A DNA stretch of 64,000 nt from Micavibrio sp. (GTDB taxonomy: Bacteria; Patescibacteriota; Minisyncoccia; Moranbacterales; GCA-2747515). Position 1 is the stretch's first letter. The number at the start of each line of letters is the position of its first letter. The notes beneath the pieces are model-generated. The model had not been told where the DNA came from. It saw only the letters and a list, made by a program, of their open reading frames with translations, and searched no databases. A program made the position numbers and the translations under genes. Positions 8,799-17,695 of the stretch are shown one piece after another. The DNA lies in the NCBI GenBank assembly GCA_020718085.1, contig DYDB01000005.1:4109-68108 (forward strand). Direction: 5' to 3'.

Positions 8799-9281
8799 AT
8801 GTTTTTTACCTCTTTTGTGCTATCTGTCGTTGATATTGTGGTTATTACCATTGCTCTGATCGCTTGCATGTGTGCAATCATTGCACTCATTAAAGTGTTT
8901 GCCTTTCAAAAAATGCTCACTGCATTGTGTGCTGGAAAAAAAGGAGCTGCATTAGAAAAAATAATCATACATAACAACGAACGTATCCGTGAATTTGATG
9001 CGGAAATCCATGAGTTGTTTGATATTTCCAATACGATTAACAAACAAGCTAATAAAGGACTGCACAAAATCGGACTTATCCGCTTCAATCCCTTTCGCGA
9101 TTACAGTGGCAATCAAAGTTTCGCCCTCGCCCTTCTCAATAGTAAAAACAATGGAATCATCATCTCATCCATACACACACGAGAAGGAACTCGCATTTAT
9201 ACCAAAGAAGTTCAAGGTAATGCTCCTGTGAACAACGAGTTTACTGCTGAAGAAAAAGAAGCAATCGCAATTGCAAAATAA
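8799..9281 (+). CDS. Hypothetical membrane-anchored protein (160 aa)
   Basis: N-terminal TM helix. No recognisable motif. Confidence 0.45.
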   Translation: MFFTSFVLSVVDIVVITIALIACMCAIIALIKVFAFQKMLTALCAGKKGAALEKIIIHNNERIREFDAEIHELFDISNTINKQANKGLHKIGLIRFNPFRDYSGNQSFALALLNSKNNGIIISSIHTREGTRIYTKEVQGNAPVNNEFTAEEKEAIAIAK

Positions 9282-9304
9282 TTTACTAAATCATATTTAA
9301 TATA

Positions 9305-11065
9305 ATGTCTGAAAAAATTATACACATCACACCAACTGTCACTGTCAAAAAATTCGCCGAGATTTTGGAAATGCCGGCAACCGCAGTGATTACAGAGCTT
9401 ATGAAGAATGGGATCATGGCCACGATCAATGAAGAGATCGATTTCGATACTGCATCGATCATTGCTGAGGATCTCGGATTTCATGCTGAGGAAGATCTTG
9501 AGATTGGTGATGACGAGATGCTCACAATCGAAAAATTACTTGATATTTGCAGCAAAGAAAAAACTTCCGGCGAAAAACTGGATGCACGCCCTCCGATCGT
9601 TACAATTCTCGGACACGTTGATCATGGAAAAACCACCTTACTTGACACAATTCGTAAAGCATCTGTCGCAAGTGGTGAGTCTGGTGGGATCACACAACAC
9701 ATTAGCGCATATCAAGTCAAAAAACGCGGTAAAGTACTCACCTTTATTGATACTCCCGGACATGAAGCATTTTCTGCAATGCGTGAGCGCGGTGTTTCAA
9801 TTGCTGATATTGCAATTCTCGTAGTTGCAGCAGATGATGGTGTACGTCCGCAAACACGCGAGGTTATCACTTATCTCAAAGAAAAAGGCATTCCAACACT
9901 CGTGGCAATCAACAAAATTGACAAACCAAACGCCAATACTGCACGTGTGAAACAAGAACTTGCAGAACTTGAGATCGTTATTGAGGAATGGGGTGGCAAA
10001 GTCATGTGTAATGAAATCAGCGCAAAGAACAACATTGGAATCACAGACCTTTTGGAAAGTATCATCCTTTTGGCGGAAGTTGAGGATTTCAAAGCAAACG
10101 AAAAACGTGACGGACTTGCCGTTGTATTGGAATCACACAAAGATGATCAAAAGGGTCCTGTGGCAACCGTTGTTGTCAAAACAGGTACATTGAAGGTTGG
10201 CCAAGATATCAATGTAGGAAAAACATATGGACGCATTCGCCATATGGCGGATTATCGTGGCAATACGATTGAAAAAGCAACGCCTTCCATGCCGGCAACG
10301 ATCTTTGGGCTCCTCGACACTGCAGAAACCAACGACATCGTTCAGGTCGCAAATGCCAAGCGTAGCGCTCGCCTCAAATCACGTGAAATGGCAATTCGTC
10401 TTGCAGGTGACAAGAAAACGGTTAAGAGCATCACAGATAACGATGGTGTCCCTAAATACAACATTATCATCAAATCTGATGTGCAAGGATCGATTGAGGC
10501 AATTCAACAGATCCTCGACACAATTCCTCAGACAAAAGTTGCGATTAGTTTTATCGATACCGGTGTAGGTAATGTGACAGAATCTGATATTAAAATGGCA
10601 CAAAGCTCCGAAGCAACCATTTATGGTTTTAACGTCACTACCAGTCCTGTGGCTAAACGTATGGCAGAAGATGCGAAAGTAACAGTGCTTAACTACAAAG
10701 TAATCTATGAATTAGTTGATCACATCAAAAATACACTCCTCTCGATGTTACCGGATGAAATTGAACGCACCGACGTCGGTGAGTTGGAAGTGCTTGGTAT
10801 TTTTCGTACAGAAAAAAAGCAAATGATCGTTGGCGGACGTGTTAAAAAAGGCAAGGCTGTTGCCAAAGATGCAAAGATCGATGTATATAGAGGTGAAAAC
10901 CTTATTGGCACGGGCAAGTTGGCGAACCTCCAACACAATAAGGTCAATGTGGATGAAGTAAAGAGAGATCAAGAATGTGGCATCACATTTGATGGAGAAA
11001 CCAAGATCAAAGCTGGTGACACATTTAAAATGTACACAGAGATCCTGAAAGAAAAAGCTTTATAA
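9305..11065 (+). CDS. infB: Translation initiation factor IF-2 (short form)
   Basis: The G1 motif 'GHVDHGKTTLLD' is present, along with 'DTPGHEAF' and 'NKID'. The C-terminal beta-barrel domains are present. Confidence 0.95.
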   Translation: MSEKIIHITPTVTVKKFAEILEMPATAVITELMKNGIMATINEEIDFDTASIIAEDLGFHAEEDLEIGDDEMLTIEKLLDICSKEKTSGEKLDARPPIVTILGHVDHGKTTLLDTIRKASVASGESGGITQHISAYQVKKRGKVLTFIDTPGHEAFSAMRERGVSIADIAILVVAADDGVRPQTREVITYLKEKGIPTLVAINKIDKPNANTARVKQELAELEIVIEEWGGKVMCNEISAKNNIGITDLLESIILLAEVEDFKANEKRDGLAVVLESHKDDQKGPVATVVVKTGTLKVGQDINVGKTYGRIRHMADYRGNTIEKATPSMPATIFGLLDTAETNDIVQVANAKRSARLKSREMAIRLAGDKKTVKSITDNDGVPKYNIIIKSDVQGSIEAIQQILDTIPQTKVAISFIDTGVGNVTESDIKMAQSSEATIYGFNVTTSPVAKRMAEDAKVTVLNYKVIYELVDHIKNTLLSMLPDEIERTDVGELEVLGIFRTEKKQMIVGGRVKKGKAVAKDAKIDVYRGENLIGTGKLANLQHNKVNVDEVKRDQECGITFDGETKIKAGDTFKMYTEILKEKAL

Positions 11066-11079
11066 AAGATTTAGAAAAA

Positions 11080-11110
11080 GAGCCCCCTTGAAAAACATGG
11101 GGGCTTTTTT
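11080..11110 (+). terminator. Intrinsic terminator after infB (gagcccccttgaaaaacatgggggctt followed by a T-run)
   Basis: GC-rich stem gccccc/gggggc followed by TTTTTT. Confidence 0.7.
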
Positions 11111-11120
11111 ATACAAAAAG

Positions 11121-11153
11121 AAGAGCTTCATATGCACGCATATGAAGCTCTTT
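11121..11153. terminator. Perfect 14-bp inverted repeat (aagagcttcatatg / catatgaagctctt), bidirectional terminator
   Basis: Seen directly. A-run on one side and T-run on the other. Confidence 0.55.
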
Positions 11154-11305
11154 ACTCAAAAAAGTGTTGAACGATTCTTCACCAAAAATCGGCTCATAAT
11201 CGTATTTTTCATGGGATTAGCAATTGTAATCTAATCCACAGCAAAATACGGTCTCTTTCCGGTTTTTATGATAAAAACATACTACGAAAGAACAAGTGTC
11301 GTTTT

Positions 11306-11914
11306 TCACTTTTTGCCACGGCCAACGGCAGTCAGTCCAGCGAGACCTGTTAAAAACAAAAGCATCGTTGCTGGTTCGGGGACAGGTGCAGGAGTTGCAG
11401 TGATAACATCCAGTTTACATGCCGCTCCAAGGACCCTCATGTCATCAAAGTCACGATCTCCTCCCCCTAGCTGGTCATCGAGATTTGCCAGTAGCAGGTG
11501 ATCTGACCACTGCACCTTTACATGCTGCACAGCAGTATCAACAGACGTACCACCGGCAAACTGATTGAGCGATGAATCACTAAACCAGCTGTAATCGGCC
11601 TTTTTGTCCTTTTTTCCTTCTGTATACACATCGAAATAAAAGCCGAAGCCCTCATCAAGATATGTCCACATGGATTCGGTCACCTTAAAAAATGCACCCG
11701 GCTCGGAATTTTTGTGATCAAAGATCTTAAACCGTTGGGCAACATCGTTCATGGCGAACAGCCCAAAATCCGACTCATAACTCGCATTTTCCACCAGATC
11801 AGCAAAAATAATTTGATCTGTAGCAAAATACAGCCCTGCTTCTGATTTTGTGGCAAAACCGCAGACTGCCAAAAAAAACAAACTCAGTACTACAATACGT
11901 CTCAGCAACATCAT
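11306..11914 (-). CDS. Secreted protein with a C-terminal PEP-CTERM sorting signal
   Basis: Signal peptide MMLLRRIVVLSLFFLAVCGFATKSEA. The C-terminus 'VPEPATMLLFLTGLAGLTAVGRGKK' follows the PEP, hydrophobic helix, basic tail pattern. A strong RBS 'aagaggaga' sits upstream of the ATG at 11914. The ORF-track start at 11974 is probably too long. Confidence 0.6.
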   Translation of the reverse strand: MMLLRRIVVLSLFFLAVCGFATKSEAGLYFATDQIIFADLVENASYESDFGLFAMNDVAQRFKIFDHKNSEPGAFFKVTESMWTYLDEGFGFYFDVYTEGKKDKKADYSWFSDSSLNQFAGGTSVDTAVQHVKVQWSDHLLLANLDDQLGGGDRDFDDMRVLGAACKLDVITATPAPVPEPATMLLFLTGLAGLTAVGRGKK

Positions 11915-12047
11915 TGTCTCCTCTTTAGAATTGATAGTAATTTTCCTCTGCCAATTTGTTGTTCCGGATTTCACCTCCTTTTTATCATTTTGATGGAAAA
12001 GAACTTGATTGAATATTGTACAAGTATATCACAGTAATGTCAAAGTA

Positions 12048-12950
12048 TTAATTTTTATGATCAAAAAGCGATGTGCTCACATATTTTTCCGCACGATCCG
12101 GAAATACTATCACGATACGCGCTTTATCAACTTTTTTAGAAATTTCACGTGCCGCAACAAGTGCCGCACCACTGCTCATACCTACAGAAATTGCTTCTAC
12201 ACGCATAGCAAGTCGCGACATATCGAATGCATCCTCTGACTCTATCATAATTTTTTCATCAATGAGCGATATATCATAAATTGCCGGTACCAACGCTTCT
12301 TCTAGATTCTTCAATCCTTGAATATAATGCCCTTTTACAGGATGCGCTTCCACAACTTTGATTCTTGCATCGTGATCTTTTAACCCTTTACCAATGCCCA
12401 TGATCGTACCGGATGTGCCCAGTGATGAAACAAGATAGTCAATACGCCCACCCATCTGTTTCCAAATTTCCTCCGCTGTTGTACGATAATGCGCCATTTT
12501 ATTATATGCGTTGGAAAATTGATCAGGATTAAAATATTTATGCGGATATTTTGCTACAAGTTCCCGTACACGAAGAATTGCGCCATCCGTACCTTTTGTG
12601 CCATCCGTAAGAATGATTTTCGCACCATATGCCTTGATCATCTTCTGACGCTCCACGGATACCGCGCCACTCATCACAACGTGCACCTCATATCCTTTGA
12701 TCGCACCGATCATTGCAAGTGCAATACCCGTATTACCGGATGTTGCCTCAATGATGATCTTATCTTTTGTCAGCCTTCCTTCTTGCTCCCCCTGTTCTAT
12801 CATGGCAAGTGCAATACGATCTTTGATTGAACCGCTGGGATTTTGCCCCTCCAATTTTGCAAAAACTTCCACTCCTTCTTTTTTGATCACGTGATTAATA
12901 CGAACCATCGGCGTATTTCCGATCAAACCCAACACATTTTCATATATCAT
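12048..12950 (-). CDS. cysK: Cysteine synthase (O-acetylserine sulfhydrylase, PLP-dependent)
   Basis: 'SSGNTGIALAMIGAIKGY' and 'SVKDRIA'-like 'SIKDRIALAMI' are hallmarks of the CysK/CysM family. Confidence 0.85.
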   Translation of the reverse strand: MIYENVLGLIGNTPMVRINHVIKKEGVEVFAKLEGQNPSGSIKDRIALAMIEQGEQEGRLTKDKIIIEATSGNTGIALAMIGAIKGYEVHVVMSGAVSVERQKMIKAYGAKIILTDGTKGTDGAILRVRELVAKYPHKYFNPDQFSNAYNKMAHYRTTAEEIWKQMGGRIDYLVSSLGTSGTIMGIGKGLKDHDARIKVVEAHPVKGHYIQGLKNLEEALVPAIYDISLIDEKIMIESEDAFDMSRLAMRVEAISVGMSSGAALVAAREISKKVDKARIVIVFPDRAEKYVSTSLFDHKN

Positions 12951-13002
12951 ATGTTTATATTATTTAATAAATCATTTTATAACTCTCGTTCAGAACACTC
13001 TG

Positions 13003-13080
13003 TCATTTCGAGCCTGTCGAGAAATCTCTCAAGATTCCTCCACTACGCCTGCCTGCCGGTAGGCAGGGTCGGAATGACAT
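13003..13080. repeat. Short palindromic interspersed element, copy 1. It is 'tgtcatttcgag...cctgcctgccggtaggcagg...gtcggaatgaca' with TGTCATTYSGA-type inverted termini.
   Basis: Seen in sequence. The core 'cctgcctgccggtaggca' recurs in inverted orientation at 27236-27256. Confidence 0.55.
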
Positions 13081-13644
13081 ACTATTTACAAATTAAAAAC
13101 CCTCATCCAATGAGAGTTGTTTTTGGCCTATGAATTTTACGATGCAAAAATACAACTCTCTATAAGGAGCTGCAACAACAAATCATATTTTGTGTAAATA
13201 TTTGCTTCATGTGGAGATTATATAACATATTATAAAAAAATACAATTTCTTTGAAAACAATTAGTCATCTTTAGGAAAAATTGTCACAAACACAAAAACT
13301 GTATATGATGAGGATGTGGAGCAGTTTCGCGACTTTTCGTAAGTTGCCTATCATTCCCACGGCATAAAAGTATTTTATTCACAAAAAGAACTCTGTGATT
13401 CATAAATGTAGTAATTACTACGTCATGCAATCCTTAGGAATCTAAGGAACAAACCTCTTTGTGAAAAATACACCTCCCGCCGTCAGATAGCACATGATCT
13501 TTGATAACTGCAAAAAAGAACTGACGGGCATATTTCAACATAAATATGCCCGTTCTTCTTATTGTGCACATTGTTTCTATAAATATCATAAAGCCCTCAA
13601 CATATTGCATTGAGGGCTTTTTTACTCATAATCATATTTTCTCA

Positions 13645-13734
13645 TCATTTACAATCTCTGAACATGGCGATCACACAACCGGCTGCGATAGGAAGAAGAA
13701 AAAAGATCAAAAGGAACTGAATTGCATTATTCAT
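13645..13734 (-). CDS. Candidate 29-aa hydrophobic peptide (MNNAIQFLLIFFLLPIAAGCVIAMFRDCK)
   Basis: The RBS GGAGG lies 7 nt upstream of the ATG (plus 13741-13750 is 'gcctccataa'). It is too short for the ORF track and was found by manual translation. Confidence 0.3.
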   Translation of the reverse strand: MNNAIQFLLIFFLLPIAAGCVIAMFRDCK

Positions 13735-13824
13735 GATCACGCCTCCATAAAATTATTTATACACACAGATCATTTTATTTATTTTACTCCAAGATAACCC
13801 AAAAAACCAAATCTGGCACAAAAT

Positions 13825-15309
13825 ATGGTTTTCCGCTATCATGAGAGACATATGATCACAAAAATACCACAAGAAGTAAAAAACATCCTTCGTACGCTGA
13901 CCGAAGCAGGTTTTGAAGCATATATTGTCGGTGGGTGTGTGCGTGACCTCACAATAGATCATGCGCCGAAAGACTGGGATATCACAACTAATGCACGACC
14001 GGAAAAGATCCAGGAGATTTTCCCGGACAGTTTTTATGAAAATGATTTTGGGACAGTCGGTGTGAAAGTTGTGCCATTTCTTCCAACAGGCAAACCGGAC
14101 CGCGAACACGATGTGATCGAAGTGACCACATATCGCATAGAATCCACCTATTCTGACAAGCGCAGGCCAGATTCTGTGCAATTTGCCGATTCAATCCACG
14201 ACGATCTTTCTCGTCGCGATTTTACCATGAATGCGCTTGCACTTGATATTCACAATAACTTAATAGATCCATTTGGCGGTCTTGAAGACATGCACAATAA
14301 GCTCATTCGTTGTGTCGGTGATGCACATGAACGTTTCAACGAGGACGCTCTGCGCATGATTCGTGCCATACGTTTTGCTGCACGTTTACATTTTACAATT
14401 GCACCGGAAACATTTCAGGCAATCACAAACAATCATGGTTTGCTCACACACGTTTCCATGGAGCGCATCAGTGACGAATTCACAAAGATCGTCATGAGCG
14501 ATCATGCACGTCATGGCATTCAAATGTTACACGATACGGAACTATTACAACATTTTTTACCGGAATTGGAAGAAGGGATTGATGTAGAACAAAATCATCA
14601 TCACACATTGACCGTATGGGAACATAATTTGGAAGCGTTGCAACACTGTCCAAGCAAGAAGCTGGAAGTACGCCTAGCTGCGCTCTTTCACGATATTGGC
14701 AAACCTGCATCCAAACAAGGACTTGGTCGCGATTGCACGTTTTATAACCACGAATACACCAGTGCGCGCATGACAAAAGAGATCCTACATCGTCTTAAAT
14801 ATCCCAAAAAGATCATTGATCGTACCGTTCTCCTCGTGCGCAACCACATGTTCTATTACAGTGTGGATGAGGTGACAGAAACAGCGGTGCGACGCATTAT
14901 TACAAAAGTTGGATTGGAAAATATGAAAGATCTGATGGATGTGCGCATCGGCGACAGATTGGGCTCCGGTACAAAAAAGGCTAAACCCTACAAACTGCGT
15001 CATTTCGAATACATGATAGACAAAGTTTCCAATGATCCCATCAGCGTCAAAATGCTCAAGCTTAATGGCGATATTATGATCAAAGACCTGAAATTTTCTC
15101 CCGGCCCGCAAATTGGTGCGATTCTCAATGTGCTTTTGGCAGAAGTCCTTGATGATCCGTCAAAAAATACCTTGGAACACCTCACACAGCGCGCACTCTT
15201 GTTAAAAAACGAAAATCTTGCTACACTGCAAGGTCTTGCAAAAGAAAAGATCCAAGAAAAACGCGAGGAGGACGATCAAAATATTAAGAAAAAACATTGG
15301 GTGAAATAA
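13825..15309 (+). CDS. cca: CCA-adding tRNA nucleotidyltransferase with HD domain
   Basis: 'AYIVGGCVRDL' is the head-domain motif. 'RRDFTMNALA' and the HD motif 'LFHDIGKP' are present. An alternative start is MITKIP at 13852. Confidence 0.9.
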   Translation: MVFRYHERHMITKIPQEVKNILRTLTEAGFEAYIVGGCVRDLTIDHAPKDWDITTNARPEKIQEIFPDSFYENDFGTVGVKVVPFLPTGKPDREHDVIEVTTYRIESTYSDKRRPDSVQFADSIHDDLSRRDFTMNALALDIHNNLIDPFGGLEDMHNKLIRCVGDAHERFNEDALRMIRAIRFAARLHFTIAPETFQAITNNHGLLTHVSMERISDEFTKIVMSDHARHGIQMLHDTELLQHFLPELEEGIDVEQNHHHTLTVWEHNLEALQHCPSKKLEVRLAALFHDIGKPASKQGLGRDCTFYNHEYTSARMTKEILHRLKYPKKIIDRTVLLVRNHMFYYSVDEVTETAVRRIITKVGLENMKDLMDVRIGDRLGSGTKKAKPYKLRHFEYMIDKVSNDPISVKMLKLNGDIMIKDLKFSPGPQIGAILNVLLAEVLDDPSKNTLEHLTQRALLLKNENLATLQGLAKEKIQEKREEDDQNIKKKHWVK

Positions 15310-15317
15310 TTAATTAC

Positions 15318-15445
15318 TTTTTAATTTCCAATTTCGAATTTTAAATGAATTTTTAATGTTAAAAATCAAAAAATAAATGTGATTTTTAAAAACATTCATT
15401 CATTTGATATTCAATCAAAATTGAAAATTCGAAATTCAAAATTAC
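15318..15445. other. Large imperfect palindrome (arms about 40 bp: atttcgaattttaaatgaatttttaatgtt ... aacattcattcattt...aaaattcgaaat) between cca and the next gene. Probably a bidirectional terminator or regulatory hairpin.
   Basis: Seen directly. AT-rich arms. Confidence 0.4.
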
Positions 15446-15446
15446 T

Positions 15447-15743
15447 ATGCGATTTACCATTCCCAACATCTCCACCAATCCTGCTGTAGCACTGAGGCGT
15501 GCCGGTTATACGTTCCAGCATTACACGGCTGACAATGAAATGAGCTTTATACGCGTGATGGGTAGTAGCGGATTTCCACGATTTCATATGTATGTCACCC
15601 TTACCGGACGCGATCTCAATATCAGTTTTCACATTGATCATAAAAAATACACATACGGCGATGATACACGTCACCATGGAGAATATGAAGAGTCTCCCAC
15701 ACTGGAACAAGAGGCGATGCGCGTCAAAGGTCTTATAAAGTGA
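15447..15743 (+). CDS. Hypothetical protein (98 aa)
   Basis: ORF with reasonable composition. No family recognised. Confidence 0.4.
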   Translation: MRFTIPNISTNPAVALRRAGYTFQHYTADNEMSFIRVMGSSGFPRFHMYVTLTGRDLNISFHIDHKKYTYGDDTRHHGEYEESPTLEQEAMRVKGLIK

Positions 15744-15842
15744 ACTGCAAAAAAGATGGTGATCAAACCGTCTTTTTTCAATCTTTAGCTGGACATGGTT
15801 TACATTTTTTGATATGATTGTTTTGTTCTCAAATGCACCCTG

Positions 15843-15926
15843 CTGGGGTGGCGGAATTGGTAGACGCACCAGGTTTAGGCCCTGGCGGGAGCAATCCTGT
15901 GGAGGTTCAAGTCCTCTCTCCAGCAC
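15843..15926 (+). tRNA. tRNA-Leu (anticodon TAG), long variable arm
   Basis: GCTGGGGTGGCGGAATTGGTAGACGC matches the canonical tRNA-Leu 5' half. The anticodon stem is CCAGG/CCTGG with loop TTTAGGC. The T-arm is GGAGGTTCAAGTCCTCT. The acceptor 3' strand is CTCCAGC plus discriminator A. Confidence 0.85.
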
Positions 15927-16082
15927 AAGAGAATGATCGTTACACTGCCGTCAAACGCAAAATTATGATCATTCTGCATCCCTTTAACTGACTTGAGCAG
16001 AAAAGGGTCGGAAAAACACTTGTTTTTCCGTTTGAGGAGAGTATTGAGAACCGAGGGTTCTCAAGGAACGATAGTGACGTGA

Positions 16083-16102
16083 AAGTCCTCTCTCCAGCAC
16101 AA
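16083..16102 (+). repeat. 20-bp perfect direct repeat of the tRNA-Leu 3' end (aagtcctctctccagcacaa, a copy of 15910-15929). att-like duplication or scar.
   Basis: Seen directly. Spacing is about 173 bp. Confidence 0.6.
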
Positions 16103-16195
16103 AAATAAAACAAAGTGATTTTAATATAAGATTGCTTTGTTTTGTTTTTATGTAAAAAACCAATCAATAAAGTCCTTTAACAAAATGAGGTTACC

Positions 16196-16555
16196 ATGCA
16201 CACACGTGTAAAAGTAAAAGAAGCCTTACAAAAATCTCATGTGTACAAGATCAAGCCTGCTGTACCACCGTCTATTCAAAATGACTCACTAATAGCTTGT
16301 GAGATACGTGCATTTCATCAACGATTGTTCAAAAAAAGCACAAAGGGAAAAGAGAAGAAATCCCGATTTGTTTCCGGGTACATTTTTATTTTTCCCATTG
16401 ATGTGCATGGCAACACAGGGAAAAAACCCATACGCATCATCCACACATCGCAAATGACATTGCGTACATTTGCAGAGTTTGCCCGTAATTTTACGCAGGC
16501 AGACAGTCCCCGACTGAAAAAAACTCTCCAAAAACTCACACGTTCATCTGCATGA
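16196..16555 (+). CDS. Hypothetical protein (119 aa) immediately downstream of the tRNA-Leu repeat
   Basis: ORF with RBS 'aaaatgagg'. No family recognised. Confidence 0.35.
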   Translation: MHTRVKVKEALQKSHVYKIKPAVPPSIQNDSLIACEIRAFHQRLFKKSTKGKEKKSRFVSGYIFIFPIDVHGNTGKKPIRIIHTSQMTLRTFAEFARNFTQADSPRLKKTLQKLTRSSA

Positions 16556-16584
16556 GCCGCAATGAACTCTGTTCAAAATTTGCA

Positions 16585-16624
16585 AAAAACACCCCACTTG
16601 GCGCGCAAGTGTGGGTGTTTTCAT
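16585..16624. terminator. Bidirectional intrinsic terminator (acaccccacttggcgcgcaagtgtgggtgt)
   Basis: 12-bp GC-rich stem, A-run before and T-run after. It lies between the convergent ORF 16196..16555 and nrdB. Confidence 0.7.
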
Positions 16625-16626
16625 TT

Positions 16627-17670
16627 CTAGAAATCCCAGCTGCCGTTCATACTGCTCGATTGTGTGTAGTTCACAACTGTTGATTCAAAGAAGTTTCCCT
16701 TATCACTATTTGTGTCCTGTAAACGATCAAGATGTTTATATGGATTTTGAACTGCATCTTTATAAAGTGGCGCGATTCCGAGAAGCTCCAACCTCTGATT
16801 TGCAAGCCATTTGGTATATTCTTCCGTTGTACGCCTATTCATACCTGGCATTTTGTTGCCCAAAATATGTTGTCCCCATACGATTTCCTGTTCTACTGCC
16901 GATTGCATCATTTGCACGATCAAATTTTCATCATAAATTTCTGGGAACTCCGCTTTTATCTCTTTTATTAAGTGAGAAAATAGAGTAACATGCGTCAACT
17001 CGTCACGACGAATATATGAGATCATGCGTCCTGTCGCAAGCATTTTCATTTGATCTACCAGTGTGTCAAAAAATGCAAATCCGTTGTAAAAGTACAGTGA
17101 TTCAAGCAAATAATTTGCTACAATGCCTCGAAAAAAACTTTTATCACTTGGCTTATCAATAAAATCCTGATAGATTTGTCCAATATATTTATTACGTCCA
17201 AGCAAGATCTTATCATCACGCCAGAAATAATAAATCTCTTCACGGTCTTTGGAATCCACAACCGTCTCTAAAATCGTTGCATACGACTGTGAATGGATCG
17301 CTTCTTGATATGCCTGAATTGAAAGGATGAGATTAACTTCCGGTGATGTTACATAATCAGAAAAATTTGGCAAATTTACCGTTTGAATGGAATCAAGAAA
17401 GATCAAAAATGATAAAATGCCCTTATATGCCCGCTGTTCTTCCTCCGTAAGTGTACTATGAAACATGCGCGCATCATCTTTGAGTCCGGACACTTTTTCT
17501 GGAACCCAAAAGTTTCCGACCATTACCTGATATAGTGACGTTGCCCACTGATATTTTGTTGCATTAAGTTGAAACAATCCTGTAGTTTGCCCCTTGATAA
17601 TTGTACGCTTTGCCACATCATCATTCCCTTTTGGATTAAATATTGGATTGCGTTTAAAATTATTTTTCAT
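16627..17670 (-). CDS. nrdB: Ribonucleoside-diphosphate reductase beta subunit (ferritin-like)
   Basis: 'EAIHSQSYATILE' is the di-iron ligand motif. Size 347 aa. Adjacent to nrdA. Confidence 0.9.
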   Translation of the reverse strand: MKNNFKRNPIFNPKGNDDVAKRTIIKGQTTGLFQLNATKYQWATSLYQVMVGNFWVPEKVSGLKDDARMFHSTLTEEEQRAYKGILSFLIFLDSIQTVNLPNFSDYVTSPEVNLILSIQAYQEAIHSQSYATILETVVDSKDREEIYYFWRDDKILLGRNKYIGQIYQDFIDKPSDKSFFRGIVANYLLESLYFYNGFAFFDTLVDQMKMLATGRMISYIRRDELTHVTLFSHLIKEIKAEFPEIYDENLIVQMMQSAVEQEIVWGQHILGNKMPGMNRRTTEEYTKWLANQRLELLGIAPLYKDAVQNPYKHLDRLQDTNSDKGNFFESTVVNYTQSSSMNGSWDF

Positions 17671-17695
17671 TTTTCATTATTAATTTTTAATTATT

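Noticed and set aside
13753-14181. 142-aa minus-strand ORF
   Set aside because: Antisense to the 5' part of the well-supported cca gene. No motifs.
15411-15926. 171-aa minus-strand ORF from the six-frame track
   Set aside because: It overlaps the entire tRNA-Leu gene and the palindromic region, and its low-complexity translation is implausible. Treated as spurious.
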